A DNA stretch of 64,000 nt from a virus (IMGVR_UViG_3300020469_004451:1-64000), one strand, 5' to 3'. Positions 49,337 to 59,349 are shown, counted from the stretch's first letter. Translations and numbers: made by a program. Notes: a model not told the origin generated them from the letters alone.

Positions 49337-49808
49337 AAGATTTATCTAATTCGGCAATTTTAATATTAAAACAATCACTTCTGAAAGTAAAGTTATTACT
49401 CTCATCTTTATCGCCTTTCTTGTATTCGGTTGCTTCTGAAAAGAAATTCTTTTTAGATTTCACTCCAAGAAACCAGCCTACAGAGTAGTCATTCTTAACA
49501 CGAACGAAAGCATATACATCACAATCTTGAATTCTTGTGCTTGTAGATATAGAACAATCGTATTCTTCCAATGGTTTTACAGAGGTGCGTTTTGTCTTAG
49601 CATCAACTTTTGTTCCATCATCCAACACAAGATCGTAGTCATAAGTGTTTTCGACTTTTCCACCCATAACCTTTTGGGCGATAAATTCTCCAATGAAACC
49701 AGCAAGATTTCCCTGACCTCTTGTTATGCTTTTATAAAGCTTGCCCATTTCAACCGCCTTTTTTCTGGCGGCACAGAGCATATCGTCAGTAATCTCTACT
49801 TGAATCAT
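49329..49808 (-). CDS. PD-(D/E)xK-fold endonuclease-like protein
   Basis: GFIGE..YDYDL..VDAKTK. Confidence 0.55.
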   Translation of the reverse strand: MIQVEITDDMLCAARKKAVEMGKLYKSITRGQGNLAGFIGEFIAQKVMGGKVENTYDYDLVLDDGTKVDAKTKRTSVKPLEEYDCSISTSTRIQDCDVYAFVRVKNDYSVGWFLGVKSKKNFFSEATEYKKGDKDESNNFTFRSDCFNIKIAELDKSYE

Positions 49809-49869
49809 GTAGTAGAATCTTACACCGATAATCTAAATAAGTCAAGTCAAAAAGAAAGAAAAGAACATT

Positions 49870-50111
49870 AAAAACTCTATCCACGCTTTCTTTGGTTTGG
49901 TTAGACTAACCTAGCTACCGGACTGTATCTAATTCGGCAACATAGGTTATATGATCACTATAGGATTTATTAACTTCGTTACGCATCCTATAAGGTTAAT
50001 CTATTAACTTTCTTCTTTATTCCAGAGCCTATCCGCTGAGTTTGGTTTCCGATTTAGGCTCTTAGTGCCGCCGCTCTGTAAGGTTCAGAGATAAGCCTCG
50101 CGGCTCATTCC
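49870..50111 (-). ncRNA. candidate structured non-coding RNA (~240 nt)
   Basis: No credible ORF; at least 5 hairpins including a GCGA tetraloop; consensus-like promoter directly upstream. Confidence 0.5.
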
Positions 50112-50117
50112 GTTTTT

Positions 50118-50146
50118 ATTATAAAAATCCATCAACCCAAAAACAA
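50118..50146 (-). promoter_or_regulatory. sigma70-type promoter for the candidate ncRNA
   Basis: TTGTTT (50141-50146), 17 bp, TATAAT (50118-50123). Confidence 0.65.
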
Positions 50147-50218
50147 CCAAAAAGTGAAAAAAGTTAAAATAGTGATTTTTTAGTTGATTTTTTGAATCTT
50201 TGACTTATACTCAGTGGT

Positions 50219-50686
50219 ATGTTCGTAGAAGTTACTAATCAACAGAATATTCTGCCTAAGAATAATGGTGATCTAGGTTATGATCTTGTAGCTTCGTCTG
50301 ATCCAGTTTTTGATTACGAAAATCAATTTATAGAATACTCTACGGGAGTCAGGTTAGCACCGTTTGCGGATACAATTCACGGGTTGATTTTTCCTCGTTC
50401 AAGCATTTCTAATAAATGGTTGACTCTTGCCAACGGAGTTGGGGTTATAGATTCTTCATATAGGGGAGAAGTAAAGCTAAGGTTTCGCTATCTTTGGCCG
50501 ATGCATGAGACGATAGAAGGATATTCTAAAGTTAAATTTGATAAGATTTACAAAAAAGGAGATAAGATCGGTCAATTAGTTTGGTTTCCAGAGCAAATAC
50601 TTAGCAACTACGTTGAGGTTGACAAATTTAGTGATTGCAAAGAATCACAAAGAGGCGAAGGTGGGTTCGGCTCTACAGGAGAATAA
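50219..50686 (+). CDS. dut: trimeric dUTPase
   Basis: GYDL, PRSS, GVIDSSYRGE and RGEGGFGSTG motifs. Confidence 0.95.
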   Translation: MFVEVTNQQNILPKNNGDLGYDLVASSDPVFDYENQFIEYSTGVRLAPFADTIHGLIFPRSSISNKWLTLANGVGVIDSSYRGEVKLRFRYLWPMHETIEGYSKVKFDKIYKKGDKIGQLVWFPEQILSNYVEVDKFSDCKESQRGEGGFGSTGE

Positions 50687-50688
50687 TT

Positions 50689-51318
50689 ATGGATGATAAA
50701 ATTTACGTAGCTTTTACTGGATTCGCTCGTTCTGGAAAGGATTCTTTTTGTTTTGAGTTTCAGAGACAAGTAGAAGATTTTTCTCCTAACTTAACAGTAA
50801 GTATCTTGTCTTTTGCCGACCGCATACGCCAAGAGGTTGGAGCATTTGTGCAAGAGGAATTTGGGATATCAGCTTGGACGGAAGAGGACTCTGAAAAAGA
50901 AATCATCAGACATTTTTTACGAGGTTATGGAATGTCAAAGAGAACTAAGGATAATCTCTACTTTGTAAAAAAGCTTCAAAAAAGAATAGATGCTTTAGAT
51001 AATTTATATTCTTCGCTTAATGTTGTTCTCATATCTGATTTAAGATTCGCTCAGTTTGATCAAGATGAACTATCTTGGTTTCATAGTAAACGAAAGAATC
51101 TTCATATTCATATTTGTAGATATAAAAAAGATTCAGATGGAAAACTTCAAAAAATAAAAGCACCCAACGAAGACGAGGCTGCGAATGAAGAGAAACTAGA
51201 GGATGCAGCAGATTTAGTTATTAATCTACCTTGGGAAGATGATTTGGGTCAATTTAAAAATGTAGTAAGAGAAAAATCCTCTCAAATCCTTAAAGAAAAT
51301 ATTAATTTATTTTTATGA
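50689..51318 (+). CDS. deoxynucleoside monophosphate kinase (T4 gp1-like)
   Basis: FTGFARSGKDS P-loop, SFAD, ISDLRF. Confidence 0.75.
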   Translation: MDDKIYVAFTGFARSGKDSFCFEFQRQVEDFSPNLTVSILSFADRIRQEVGAFVQEEFGISAWTEEDSEKEIIRHFLRGYGMSKRTKDNLYFVKKLQKRIDALDNLYSSLNVVLISDLRFAQFDQDELSWFHSKRKNLHIHICRYKKDSDGKLQKIKAPNEDEAANEEKLEDAADLVINLPWEDDLGQFKNVVREKSSQILKENINLFL

Positions 51319-51902
51319 TCAAAATAGAAGATTTACAATTGGTGAGAGAGGTAAAGGAGGCGAAAAGTGAAGACGCTTTGCTTGAGCTTGTCGAAAGGCA
51401 CTCAGGTCTTTTCTATAAAATAATTTCAAAAAACTTGCCGTTTTCAAAAAATTCTTGGGATGTTGAAGAATTAGTCCAAAGAAAAGAACATTTGTTTTAC
51501 GAGGCTATTGAAACGTTTGATCCAGATAGGAATATAAAGTTTCACACTTGGCTGGCAAACAAAACTAAGTATCTTTGTCTAAGTCAAAGGTCTAAATTAA
51601 GAGACGAACCAGATTTTTGTGAGTTTGATGAGGGATTTGGTGGAGAAACGCATCTTTCTCCAGATGCCTATCTCTCAAAAAAAGAAGAGGTAGAGAGAAT
51701 TTTGTTTTTGGCTTCTAAAAGATGCACACCAAAAGCACTTGAGATTTTTGAGAAAAAATATTTTGGTGGCGATAACAGGGCGGGTTTATCCTTTACTGAA
51801 ATTGCAAAAGAAATGGAGATTAGTCCTCAAGCGGTTCAAGCTAGTCATGCCAAAACGTTAAAAGTAATAAAGAAAGCTATTTTAAATGAAAGTGTTATTT
51901 GA
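51315..51902 (+). CDS. RNA polymerase sigma-70 family factor (regions 2 and 4)
   Basis: DALLELVERHSGL, FDPDRNIKFHTW, SFTEIAKEMEISPQAV. Confidence 0.85.
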   Translation: MIKIEDLQLVREVKEAKSEDALLELVERHSGLFYKIISKNLPFSKNSWDVEELVQRKEHLFYEAIETFDPDRNIKFHTWLANKTKYLCLSQRSKLRDEPDFCEFDEGFGGETHLSPDAYLSKKEEVERILFLASKRCTPKALEIFEKKYFGGDNRAGLSFTEIAKEMEISPQAVQASHAKTLKVIKKAILNESVI

Positions 51903-52974
51903 TGGTCCAATCAACAATTTATCTTTAGGGAACGTTTCTGTAAATTTTCTTAGAGAGCTATTAAAAAAAGACGCAGTTTCAGCTATTTTTCCGGTTGGAG
52001 AAAAGGGGGATTTTGAATCTTTCGATTCCTTAGATGAATTGGTAAGGGGGCAGATAACATCACTTTCACATGGGCGTTTTAAATTTTTTGACCACAAGTT
52101 ACCAACAATCAAGTGCTGGCATATTAATGGTTCTGAAAAGAAGCTTACAAACGATCAATATCTATATACTTTTTATGAGGTAGATTCACCTACAGTAGAG
52201 GAGTATAACATTTTAAAAAATCAGACTTGGACTTTCTTCTCTTCTTCAGAGGCTGCCGATTCTTTTAAAAAAATAGGTCTAGAAAACTGTTCTTACTTGC
52301 CTCTTGGTTTCGATCCAGACTTCTACAAAAAAGATGTAGAAAATGTTGATGGAAAGCCGATCCAATTTGGATTGATTGGTAAGTTTGAAAAAAGAAAAAA
52401 TACAGAGCGAATCATAAAACTGTGGCTTGAAAGGTTTGGTAACAATCCAGATTATCAACTCAACTGCCTAGTTAATAATCCCTTTTTCCAAAAAGAAACA
52501 TATCAAAATTTGATAGGTAATATTCTTGGAGGTAAAAATTGGAACAATATTAATTTTCTGCCTCACTTGTCAAAAAACTCTCAAGTAAATGATTTGATGA
52601 ATTTTATTGATATTGATCTGAGCGGTCTGTCAAATGGCGAGGGATGGGGCTTACCAGCATTCAACTCCACCGCTTTAGGAAAGTGGAGTGTAGTTTCTAA
52701 TTGTTCTTCTCATAAAGATTGGGCCACACAAGAGAACTCTATTTTGGTAGAACCCGAAGGAAAACAAGAATGTTACGACGAAGTGTTTTTCAAGAAAGGT
52801 CATCCCTTCAATCAAGGAAGTTATTACAAAATCTCTGACGAAGCGATAATTGACGGTATCGAAAGAGCGTTGAAAAAAGTAGGGGAAAATAATATAATTG
52901 GAGAGAACCTTAGAGAAGATTTTACTTACGAAAAAACTGTAAGTGGGATTCTACAAAAAATAGAAGAATCTTAA
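51886..52974 (+). CDS. GT-B glycosyltransferase (GT4-like)
   Basis: LPLGFD, GKFEKRKN, GEGWGLP. Confidence 0.8.
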   Translation: MKVLFDGPINNLSLGNVSVNFLRELLKKDAVSAIFPVGEKGDFESFDSLDELVRGQITSLSHGRFKFFDHKLPTIKCWHINGSEKKLTNDQYLYTFYEVDSPTVEEYNILKNQTWTFFSSSEAADSFKKIGLENCSYLPLGFDPDFYKKDVENVDGKPIQFGLIGKFEKRKNTERIIKLWLERFGNNPDYQLNCLVNNPFFQKETYQNLIGNILGGKNWNNINFLPHLSKNSQVNDLMNFIDIDLSGLSNGEGWGLPAFNSTALGKWSVVSNCSSHKDWATQENSILVEPEGKQECYDEVFFKKGHPFNQGSYYKISDEAIIDGIERALKKVGENNIIGENLREDFTYEKTVSGILQKIEES

Positions 52975-52975
52975 T

Positions 52976-53419
52976 ATGCCAATTTACGTTTACAAAAATG
53001 AAGAAACAGGTGGTTTCTATGAAGTTATCCAAAAGATGACAGACGATCATGTTTTCTTCGATCCAGAGACGGGAGTTGAATGCAAAAGGGTTTTTACTGT
53101 TCCTAATGCTAGTGTAGATTCTTTTTCAAACATAAATCCTTTTGACATTAAGGAAGCTACTCAAAAAACTGCGGGGTTTAAAGGAAGCATAGGCGATCTT
53201 TGGGATATATCTAAAGACCTCTCTCAAAAAAGAGAAGATAAATTAGGTCACGAAGACCCGCACAAGCGCAAAGTATTCAAAGAATACGAAAAAAATCGTG
53301 GAGTAAAACACTTTTATGACAAACAATCCGTAAGAAGGGTTGGTGGTATAGCTTCTGTAGATTACAATGCTTCTACTCCAAATGTAAAGCTAGACAAGGA
53401 CGGTAGCACTAAGGATTAA
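52976..53419 (+). CDS. FmdB-like regulatory protein (degenerate zinc ribbon)
   Basis: MPIYVY..CKRVFTVP. Confidence 0.55.
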   Translation: MPIYVYKNEETGGFYEVIQKMTDDHVFFDPETGVECKRVFTVPNASVDSFSNINPFDIKEATQKTAGFKGSIGDLWDISKDLSQKREDKLGHEDPHKRKVFKEYEKNRGVKHFYDKQSVRRVGGIASVDYNASTPNVKLDKDGSTKD

Positions 53420-53431
53420 AATTCTTTACTA

Positions 53432-53659
53432 ATGGATTATTATTTAAAAAGAACCAAAAATCCATTAATTTTAAAAGATTTAAAAAAACAAAGTCTAGAA
53501 CTAAACGGGGGAAAGGAAATAACATGTCGATGCGAAAAGACATTTCCGATCCAAGATATGTATAGGTGCTTCTACTGTGGAGTATATTTTTGTTTAGGTT
53601 GTGCAGAAATACACTTTGGACAAAGTAGAGAAGAATATAATAAGATTAAATCATCTTAG
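53432..53659 (+). CDS. small zinc-finger protein
   Basis: CRC..CFYC..CLGC..H. Confidence 0.6.
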   Translation: MDYYLKRTKNPLILKDLKKQSLELNGGKEITCRCEKTFPIQDMYRCFYCGVYFCLGCAEIHFGQSREEYNKIKSS

Positions 53660-53662
53660 TTC

Positions 53663-54715
53663 TTAACTCCATCCAAGTAATATTCTAGCCCATGCGCTAT
53701 CTCCAGTGCAAATGTAGAAATATTGATGATCGAAAGATAATTCTCCGCTAATACCAGCAGAGTCAAAATTAGTTGGAATAGTTCTTCCAGTGTCTAATAT
53801 TAATTTATCGACATAAAATTCATCAGATAATATACCGCTAAGATTGTTTGTATGATTTGTTGAAGAAACGCCTGTAGATTCAATTATAGAACTAAGAGAA
53901 ACACCTGTAGATTCTATTAGAGAACCAAGGATTGCTCCAGTTGATCTTAAATTTAATTCAAAAAGCGCGCCAGTAGCTTCCAGAGGTTCAAAATATGAAC
54001 CGCTGATACCTGTGGCTGTATGATTTAGTTGTCCACTTGCTTCAAGTAGGGTTTGTAAATTTTGAATTGGAGAACCAGAAAGATATGATGGGCCTTTTAA
54101 GTAAGACTCTCCTGACACACAAATACCTCCTTCAAAAATACCAGAATGACCTTCTTTTACTGTAAAAGAACCATCTGAAACCTCGGTATTACCACTTAGA
54201 TAAACTGATCCGTCTACGAAAAGATCATTTAAGACAAAAGCTCCGCTGGAAAAATCAATAGTAAGAGCATTATCTCTAACAGATTCTTTGGGTCTGACTG
54301 AATTTCCATCTGCTATAATTGCAGAGCCGGTATTTTGATTTAAAACATTAGATCCAAATATTATAGCTGAATCATCAGAATCTGTTATGCGGTTCTGTTC
54401 TCCACCTAATATTGTATTATTGTTGCCCAACAAAACAGATTGATTAGAATTAATCAATGTATTATTTGAACCGCTAACAGATGCACTTATAGAATTTATA
54501 ACTGAATTGTTATTATCTTGGATTAGATTAGAAGAATCAGAAAAAATAACTTTACCATTATTAACCTGTAAAGATCCAGTAATATTAAAATCTCCAGTTA
54601 AATTTTCAAGCAAGTTACAGTTAAAAAAGTCAACGCCCTCTTCAAAAGACAGGTTGCCGCTAGGAGTATTTAACGCATACGGGTTGTATTGACGAGGATC
54701 TAGTTTATTTATCAT
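53663..54715 (-). CDS. fibre-like virion protein, very S/T-G rich
   Basis: Asn-rich beta repeats, IESTG coiled repeats, C-terminal GELSFDHQYFYICTGDSAWAR fibre motif. Confidence 0.6.
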   Translation of the reverse strand: MINKLDPRQYNPYALNTPSGNLSFEEGVDFFNCNLLENLTGDFNITGSLQVNNGKVIFSDSSNLIQDNNNSVINSISASVSGSNNTLINSNQSVLLGNNNTILGGEQNRITDSDDSAIIFGSNVLNQNTGSAIIADGNSVRPKESVRDNALTIDFSSGAFVLNDLFVDGSVYLSGNTEVSDGSFTVKEGHSGIFEGGICVSGESYLKGPSYLSGSPIQNLQTLLEASGQLNHTATGISGSYFEPLEATGALFELNLRSTGAILGSLIESTGVSLSSIIESTGVSSTNHTNNLSGILSDEFYVDKLILDTGRTIPTNFDSAGISGELSFDHQYFYICTGDSAWARILLGWS

Positions 54716-54763
54716 TGTATTTTCTAAAAAATTCCTTATACTCTTTTAGAGATATTATCAGTT

Positions 54764-55372
54764 ATGAATTACACTATTTTTTCACCAAATAAGAAAAATT
54801 CGGGAGGACTAGCTAGTTTTCGTGTATCCAAGCAGAAAAATAAGAAGGATATGTGGGAAGAAAGGCTTTTTGTAGAAGTTGTCCCGCAAAAAGAATGGGC
54901 TGGCAGTCCACAGAAAACTGGATATAATCCAGCTAATAAAAAATGTATTATGATCTCTCCTTCGGAAGCGGGAGATATTTTACATACTCTTGATACTAAG
55001 ATTCCTTTCGAGTCTTATCACAAAAACGGAGAAAGCGGAACTTGGATCAAAGCTGGTTCATTTGCTGGAAGCAGAAAATTTCGTGGTAGAGACGGACAAG
55101 AGGAGACTCACACGATTGCTAGATTTGCTTTTTCTGTTTCCTGTCCTAACCCTAAGTTTTATGTGGGTGTGGCTTTGAACCCTGCTGAAGCTTATTGTTT
55201 AAGAGTTTTTCTAGAAAACTATATTAAGGGCGCAATGGGTCTAGAAGGTGCTGAGTTGGCTAAAAAATTCAAGCAAGATCAGAAAAATAAGGAGGAAGAA
55301 CCCGAATCTAAACCCGCTAAATCTAAACCCGAAGCAGAGCTAGAGGAAGAAGACTCTGGTATCCCATTTTAG
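54764..55372 (+). CDS. putative ssDNA-binding protein (Whirly/PC4-like) with acidic IPF tail
   Basis: Two beta-sheet/helix repeats ending SPSEAG and NPAEA; C-terminal EEEEDSGIPF. Confidence 0.55.
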   Translation: MNYTIFSPNKKNSGGLASFRVSKQKNKKDMWEERLFVEVVPQKEWAGSPQKTGYNPANKKCIMISPSEAGDILHTLDTKIPFESYHKNGESGTWIKAGSFAGSRKFRGRDGQEETHTIARFAFSVSCPNPKFYVGVALNPAEAYCLRVFLENYIKGAMGLEGAELAKKFKQDQKNKEEEPESKPAKSKPEAELEEEDSGIPF

Positions 55373-55415
55373 TATTCTGATATAGACAAAATCAAATAAC
55401 TTCTTTACGACTGTT

Positions 55416-56267
55416 TTGAATAACAAAGTATTAGTAACAGGCGCTGCTGGATTTATAGGGAGTAATTTATGCTCATATTTAGAGCATCTTGGATATCAGG
55501 TTAGTCGTTTCGATATAAGTAAATCTCATCAAGATGAATTTGATAAATTATCAGATATTTTAAATCAAGATGCGGTGATACATTTGGGAGCCAATTCTTC
55601 AACTACAGAGAAGAATTTAAAAAAAATATTAAAACAAAATTTTGAGTTTTCGAAAAGACTATATGAAGTTTGCCGTGATTCTGGAATCAAGTTTCAATAT
55701 GCGAGTAGTGCATCTGTTTATGGCTCTTCTGAAACTTTTAAAGAAGATGAATTTTGTAAGCCTTTGAGTCCTTATGCTTTTAGCAAATATATGTTTGATT
55801 GTTGGTTAATGAATCAAGAATATCCATATCAAGGGTTTAGATATTTTAATGTATATGGGTTAGGAGAAGATAAAAAAGGCGAACAAGCTAGTCCTGTATC
55901 TAAGTTTATCAAACAAGCTCAAAGAAATGGCGAAATAAAAATATTTGAGAACAGTGAAAAATATAAAAGAGATTTTGTTTCTATTGATGATGTTTGTCGA
56001 ATACATTACAGAATGTTAGATTATGATGATTCTGGTGTCTTTAACGTAGGCACAGGGCAGACAACTTCATTTAGGGATGTCGCAGAAATTGTAAAATTAA
56101 AGTCTAATTCAGTCATTACTGAGATCCCAATGCCAATAGAACTAAAAGGTCAATATCAAAAATTTACAAAAGCAGATAATTCCAAACTACAAGAAGTGAT
56201 AGGCGATTATGATTGGCAGACCGTAGAGCAATATGTAAATCAAAATATAGATGCTTACGTTAATTAA
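55416..56267 (+). CDS. hldD: ADP-L-glycero-D-manno-heptose 6-epimerase
   Basis: TGAAGFIGSNL, HLGANSSTTE, YASSASVYG, YAFSK, GFRYFNVYG, KRDFV and YQKFTKAD. Confidence 0.8.
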   Translation: MNNKVLVTGAAGFIGSNLCSYLEHLGYQVSRFDISKSHQDEFDKLSDILNQDAVIHLGANSSTTEKNLKKILKQNFEFSKRLYEVCRDSGIKFQYASSASVYGSSETFKEDEFCKPLSPYAFSKYMFDCWLMNQEYPYQGFRYFNVYGLGEDKKGEQASPVSKFIKQAQRNGEIKIFENSEKYKRDFVSIDDVCRIHYRMLDYDDSGVFNVGTGQTTSFRDVAEIVKLKSNSVITEIPMPIELKGQYQKFTKADNSKLQEVIGDYDWQTVEQYVNQNIDAYVN

Positions 56268-56290
56268 ATCTATTTTAAAATTTTGATTCT

Positions 56291-58180
56291 ATGCACAAGG
56301 TTTTATTCATATCTAATTTTTCAAAAGCGGTTACTGGATTCGGAAAGAATATGAAAAATGTTCTTCGCCGCCTCCATGAAGATCCTGATATTGAAGTTGT
56401 CGAAGCGGCTAACGGCGTTCGTTTTGGAGCAGACCTAAGAACACCTTGGACATCCTACGGGACATTTCCAATCAAGCCATCTGCACTTCAAGAGATCAAT
56501 TCAGACCCGTATAAAAAGAGATTAGCTGAATATGGGAACTATACTATTGATGAAATCATCGAAAAAGAAAAACCAGATGTAGTAGTAGGTATTGAAGATA
56601 TTTGGGCTTTTGATTGGGCAAAAAAGCCTTGGATTGGCAAGATAGGTAGTGTCATTTGGACCACTTTGGACAGTTTGCCTATTCTAGATCAAGCTTATAC
56701 CGTAGCTCCATTAGTTGATAAGTTTTTAGTTTGGGCATCTTTCGCAGAGGAAGAGATGAACAAAAAGGGCTTTGATGTAGAAACTCTACATGGAGCAGTT
56801 GACTATTCTTCTTTTTATAGGTTGCCAGATGAAGAGAGGCAAAAATTAAGAGCAGATCATGGTTTAGAAAATTCTTTTGTTACTGGATTTGTTTTTAAAA
56901 ATCAACTTAGAAAGTCTGTGCCTAATTTACTTGAAGGTTTTAAACAGTTCAAAGAAAAGTGTTCTCCAGAAGATAATCCAAAACTGCTTTTACATACAGA
57001 TTGGAAGGTAGACCAAAATACTTGGGATATTGTAAAATATGTTGAAGAAAAAGGTATCGACAAGAACGATATTCTCGCCACCTACATTTGCCCTAAATGC
57101 AAAAATTTTTCTATAAGACCTTATGACGGCGAGAATCAAACTTGCGATCACTGTGGAACAAAAGATTCTATGGTAACAAAGAGCAACGCATTCGGGGTTA
57201 CAGAAGAGCAGTTAAACAGCATCTATAATATTATGGATGTCTATTGTCACCCGTTTACTAGCGGAGGTCAAGAGCTTCCAATTCAAGAAGCTAAAGCTGC
57301 GGGTCTGATCACGCTTGTCACGGAATATTCTTGCGGTTTAGACTCTTGTTATGAAAAGGATGGCGGCATACCTTTGAAGTGGGTTGAATACAGAGAGCCT
57401 ATGACAAGATTTATCAAGGCGACAACTCTTCCAGAATCTATTTGTGAAAATCTTATCAGGGTAAAGGATATGCCACAAGACGAAAAGGATTCATTGGTTA
57501 GCAAAGCTCAAAAGTGCATTAAAGATAGATTTGATGCTGATAAAACAGTAGCTAGACTTAAAGAGATTATACAAAGTTTTCCAAAGACAAATTGGGATTT
57601 TAATTTTGAACAAAAGCTGGCAAATACTGATATCGAAGTTTCTTTTGATACCAATGACGGTGTTGGTTCAAAAGAGTGGCTTATTGATATCTATGATAGA
57701 ATGTTTGACAAAAAGTTGAACGATCTATCTATAGAGATTGTAAAAGGTGTTCAAATTATCAAAGACAAGGGTAGAGGTTTTGTTTACGAATATCTTAGAA
57801 GACACGCTTTAGAAAAAAATCAAAAGATACATCAAAAACCAAAGGATATTACAGAATATTTTGAGGGAGAAGACGAGAAAAGAATTGTGGTCGTGATGCC
57901 AGAAAGCGCGGGTGACGTATTGATGATGAATTCATTGATGCAAGGATTGAAAGAGAAGTATCCAGAGTATAATATTTATTTTGTTACAAATCCAGTATTC
58001 TTTCCCATGATAGAAGACAGCCCTTATGTCCATAAGTTGCTGCCGTTCAAAAGAGAGATGGAGAATCTTCTTCTTTTAGAAGGACAAGGAGATCATAAAG
58101 GATATTTTGATATTGCCTTTCTGCCATTTGTGGGAACGCAAAAGTATCTTAATTATATGCACAACGGTCTTGATAGGTAA
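56291..58180 (+). CDS. GT4-like glycosyltransferase with zinc ribbon, fused to a GT9 N-terminal domain
   Basis: TGFG, NQLRK, CPKC..CDHC, GGQELPIQEA; C-terminal MPESAGDVLMM..LKEKYP..IYFVT. Confidence 0.75.
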   Translation: MHKVLFISNFSKAVTGFGKNMKNVLRRLHEDPDIEVVEAANGVRFGADLRTPWTSYGTFPIKPSALQEINSDPYKKRLAEYGNYTIDEIIEKEKPDVVVGIEDIWAFDWAKKPWIGKIGSVIWTTLDSLPILDQAYTVAPLVDKFLVWASFAEEEMNKKGFDVETLHGAVDYSSFYRLPDEERQKLRADHGLENSFVTGFVFKNQLRKSVPNLLEGFKQFKEKCSPEDNPKLLLHTDWKVDQNTWDIVKYVEEKGIDKNDILATYICPKCKNFSIRPYDGENQTCDHCGTKDSMVTKSNAFGVTEEQLNSIYNIMDVYCHPFTSGGQELPIQEAKAAGLITLVTEYSCGLDSCYEKDGGIPLKWVEYREPMTRFIKATTLPESICENLIRVKDMPQDEKDSLVSKAQKCIKDRFDADKTVARLKEIIQSFPKTNWDFNFEQKLANTDIEVSFDTNDGVGSKEWLIDIYDRMFDKKLNDLSIEIVKGVQIIKDKGRGFVYEYLRRHALEKNQKIHQKPKDITEYFEGEDEKRIVVVMPESAGDVLMMNSLMQGLKEKYPEYNIYFVTNPVFFPMIEDSPYVHKLLPFKREMENLLLLEGQGDHKGYFDIAFLPFVGTQKYLNYMHNGLDR

Positions 58181-58182
58181 AC

Positions 58183-59349
58183 ATGGCACATTTAGCAGAA
58201 GTATATAGGAGAGATTTAAATGTAGAGGCTAATAAGCCTGTGCTTAGACCTCATTTTTTTCCAATAGGAGATGAAAAATATATTACTATTCATAACAGTA
58301 ATAAAGTTCCAACAAAAAATTATTCTTACTGGAATGATGTAGTAAAAATTCTAAAAGTAGAATTCGATAAAAGGGGCGTTAAAATCTTTCAAATAGGAAC
58401 AAAAGAAGATCCAGTTATAGAAGGAGTCGATGCGTTTTTTAACAACACGACCTTTAAGCAGAGTTGTTACATAATTCAAAATGCTATGTGTCATGTAGGT
58501 ATTGACTCTGGACCCGTTCACATTGCTTCTGCGTTAGACATTCCTACTGTAAGCATATACGCTCATACTTATGCAGCGTCTTGCAGACCCTTGTGGAATG
58601 AAAAAAAAGCTTCGATAATCGAATCTGATAGGGGCGGTAGGAAGCCTTCTTTTTCAAATCACGAAGATCCTAAGATGATTGATCTTATTCAGCCAGAGCA
58701 AATTGCCAACGAGTGCTTCAAAAGATTAAAGTATAATACTTATCAAACCCAAGAGACTGTTTTTGTTGGCAAAGAATATACTCAGAAAATTATTGACATC
58801 GTTCCTTCTTCCATTCCAACGAAACCTGTTATCAATGATGCGGAGGTTAGAATTAGAATGGACATAACTCACAACGAACAAAATATGTCTACCCTTTTAA
58901 AATTATCGGCTAGACCTTGTGAGATAATTACTACTAAACCAATAAATACACAAGCACTTGAATTTTTTAAATCAAAAATCTCGAAAGTAGTTTATTTTGC
59001 CGAAGAGTTTTCCGAGTCTTTCTTAGATTACCTTAGAGTCTCAGGTATAGAATTTGAACTGAATTGTCTTTGTGAAGAAAAACTTTCAGAACAAAGAAAT
59101 AAATTCTTTAACTACGATATAGTATATCTAAATCCAGAAGAAGAAGCCGAGAAATTAAAAGAAGAGGAGCTAAAGGTTTTACAAGAAAAGGCCAAGGTTA
59201 ATTCTGGAAAATATTATCTGGTTGGAGATCAGATTTGTATGACTTTAGGCAAGGATCATAATGACTTAAAATTTTGGTTAGATGCTCCTCACTTTAGAAT
59301 TTATTTACCTAAGCAATTCGAAAACAAAAAACTAACAGGAATAGGATAA
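58183..59349 (+). CDS. GT9 (heptosyltransferase-like) C-terminal domain protein
   Basis: YITIH..KNY..W, GIDSGPVHIASALDIPTVSIY. Confidence 0.8.
   Translation: MAHLAEVYRRDLNVEANKPVLRPHFFPIGDEKYITIHNSNKVPTKNYSYWNDVVKILKVEFDKRGVKIFQIGTKEDPVIEGVDAFFNNTTFKQSCYIIQNAMCHVGIDSGPVHIASALDIPTVSIYAHTYAASCRPLWNEKKASIIESDRGGRKPSFSNHEDPKMIDLIQPEQIANECFKRLKYNTYQTQETVFVGKEYTQKIIDIVPSSIPTKPVINDAEVRIRMDITHNEQNMSTLLKLSARPCEIITTKPINTQALEFFKSKISKVVYFAEEFSESFLDYLRVSGIEFELNCLCEEKLSEQRNKFFNYDIVYLNPEEEAEKLKEEELKVLQEKAKVNSGKYYLVGDQICMTLGKDHNDLKFWLDAPHFRIYLPKQFENKKLTGIG

Noticed and set aside
3450-55178. Numerous antisense or alternate-frame ORFs in the track (e.g. 24316-24858, 25157-25717, 25416-26078, 36363-37211)
   Set aside because: They are shadows of long genes with biased codons, with no motifs or start signals.
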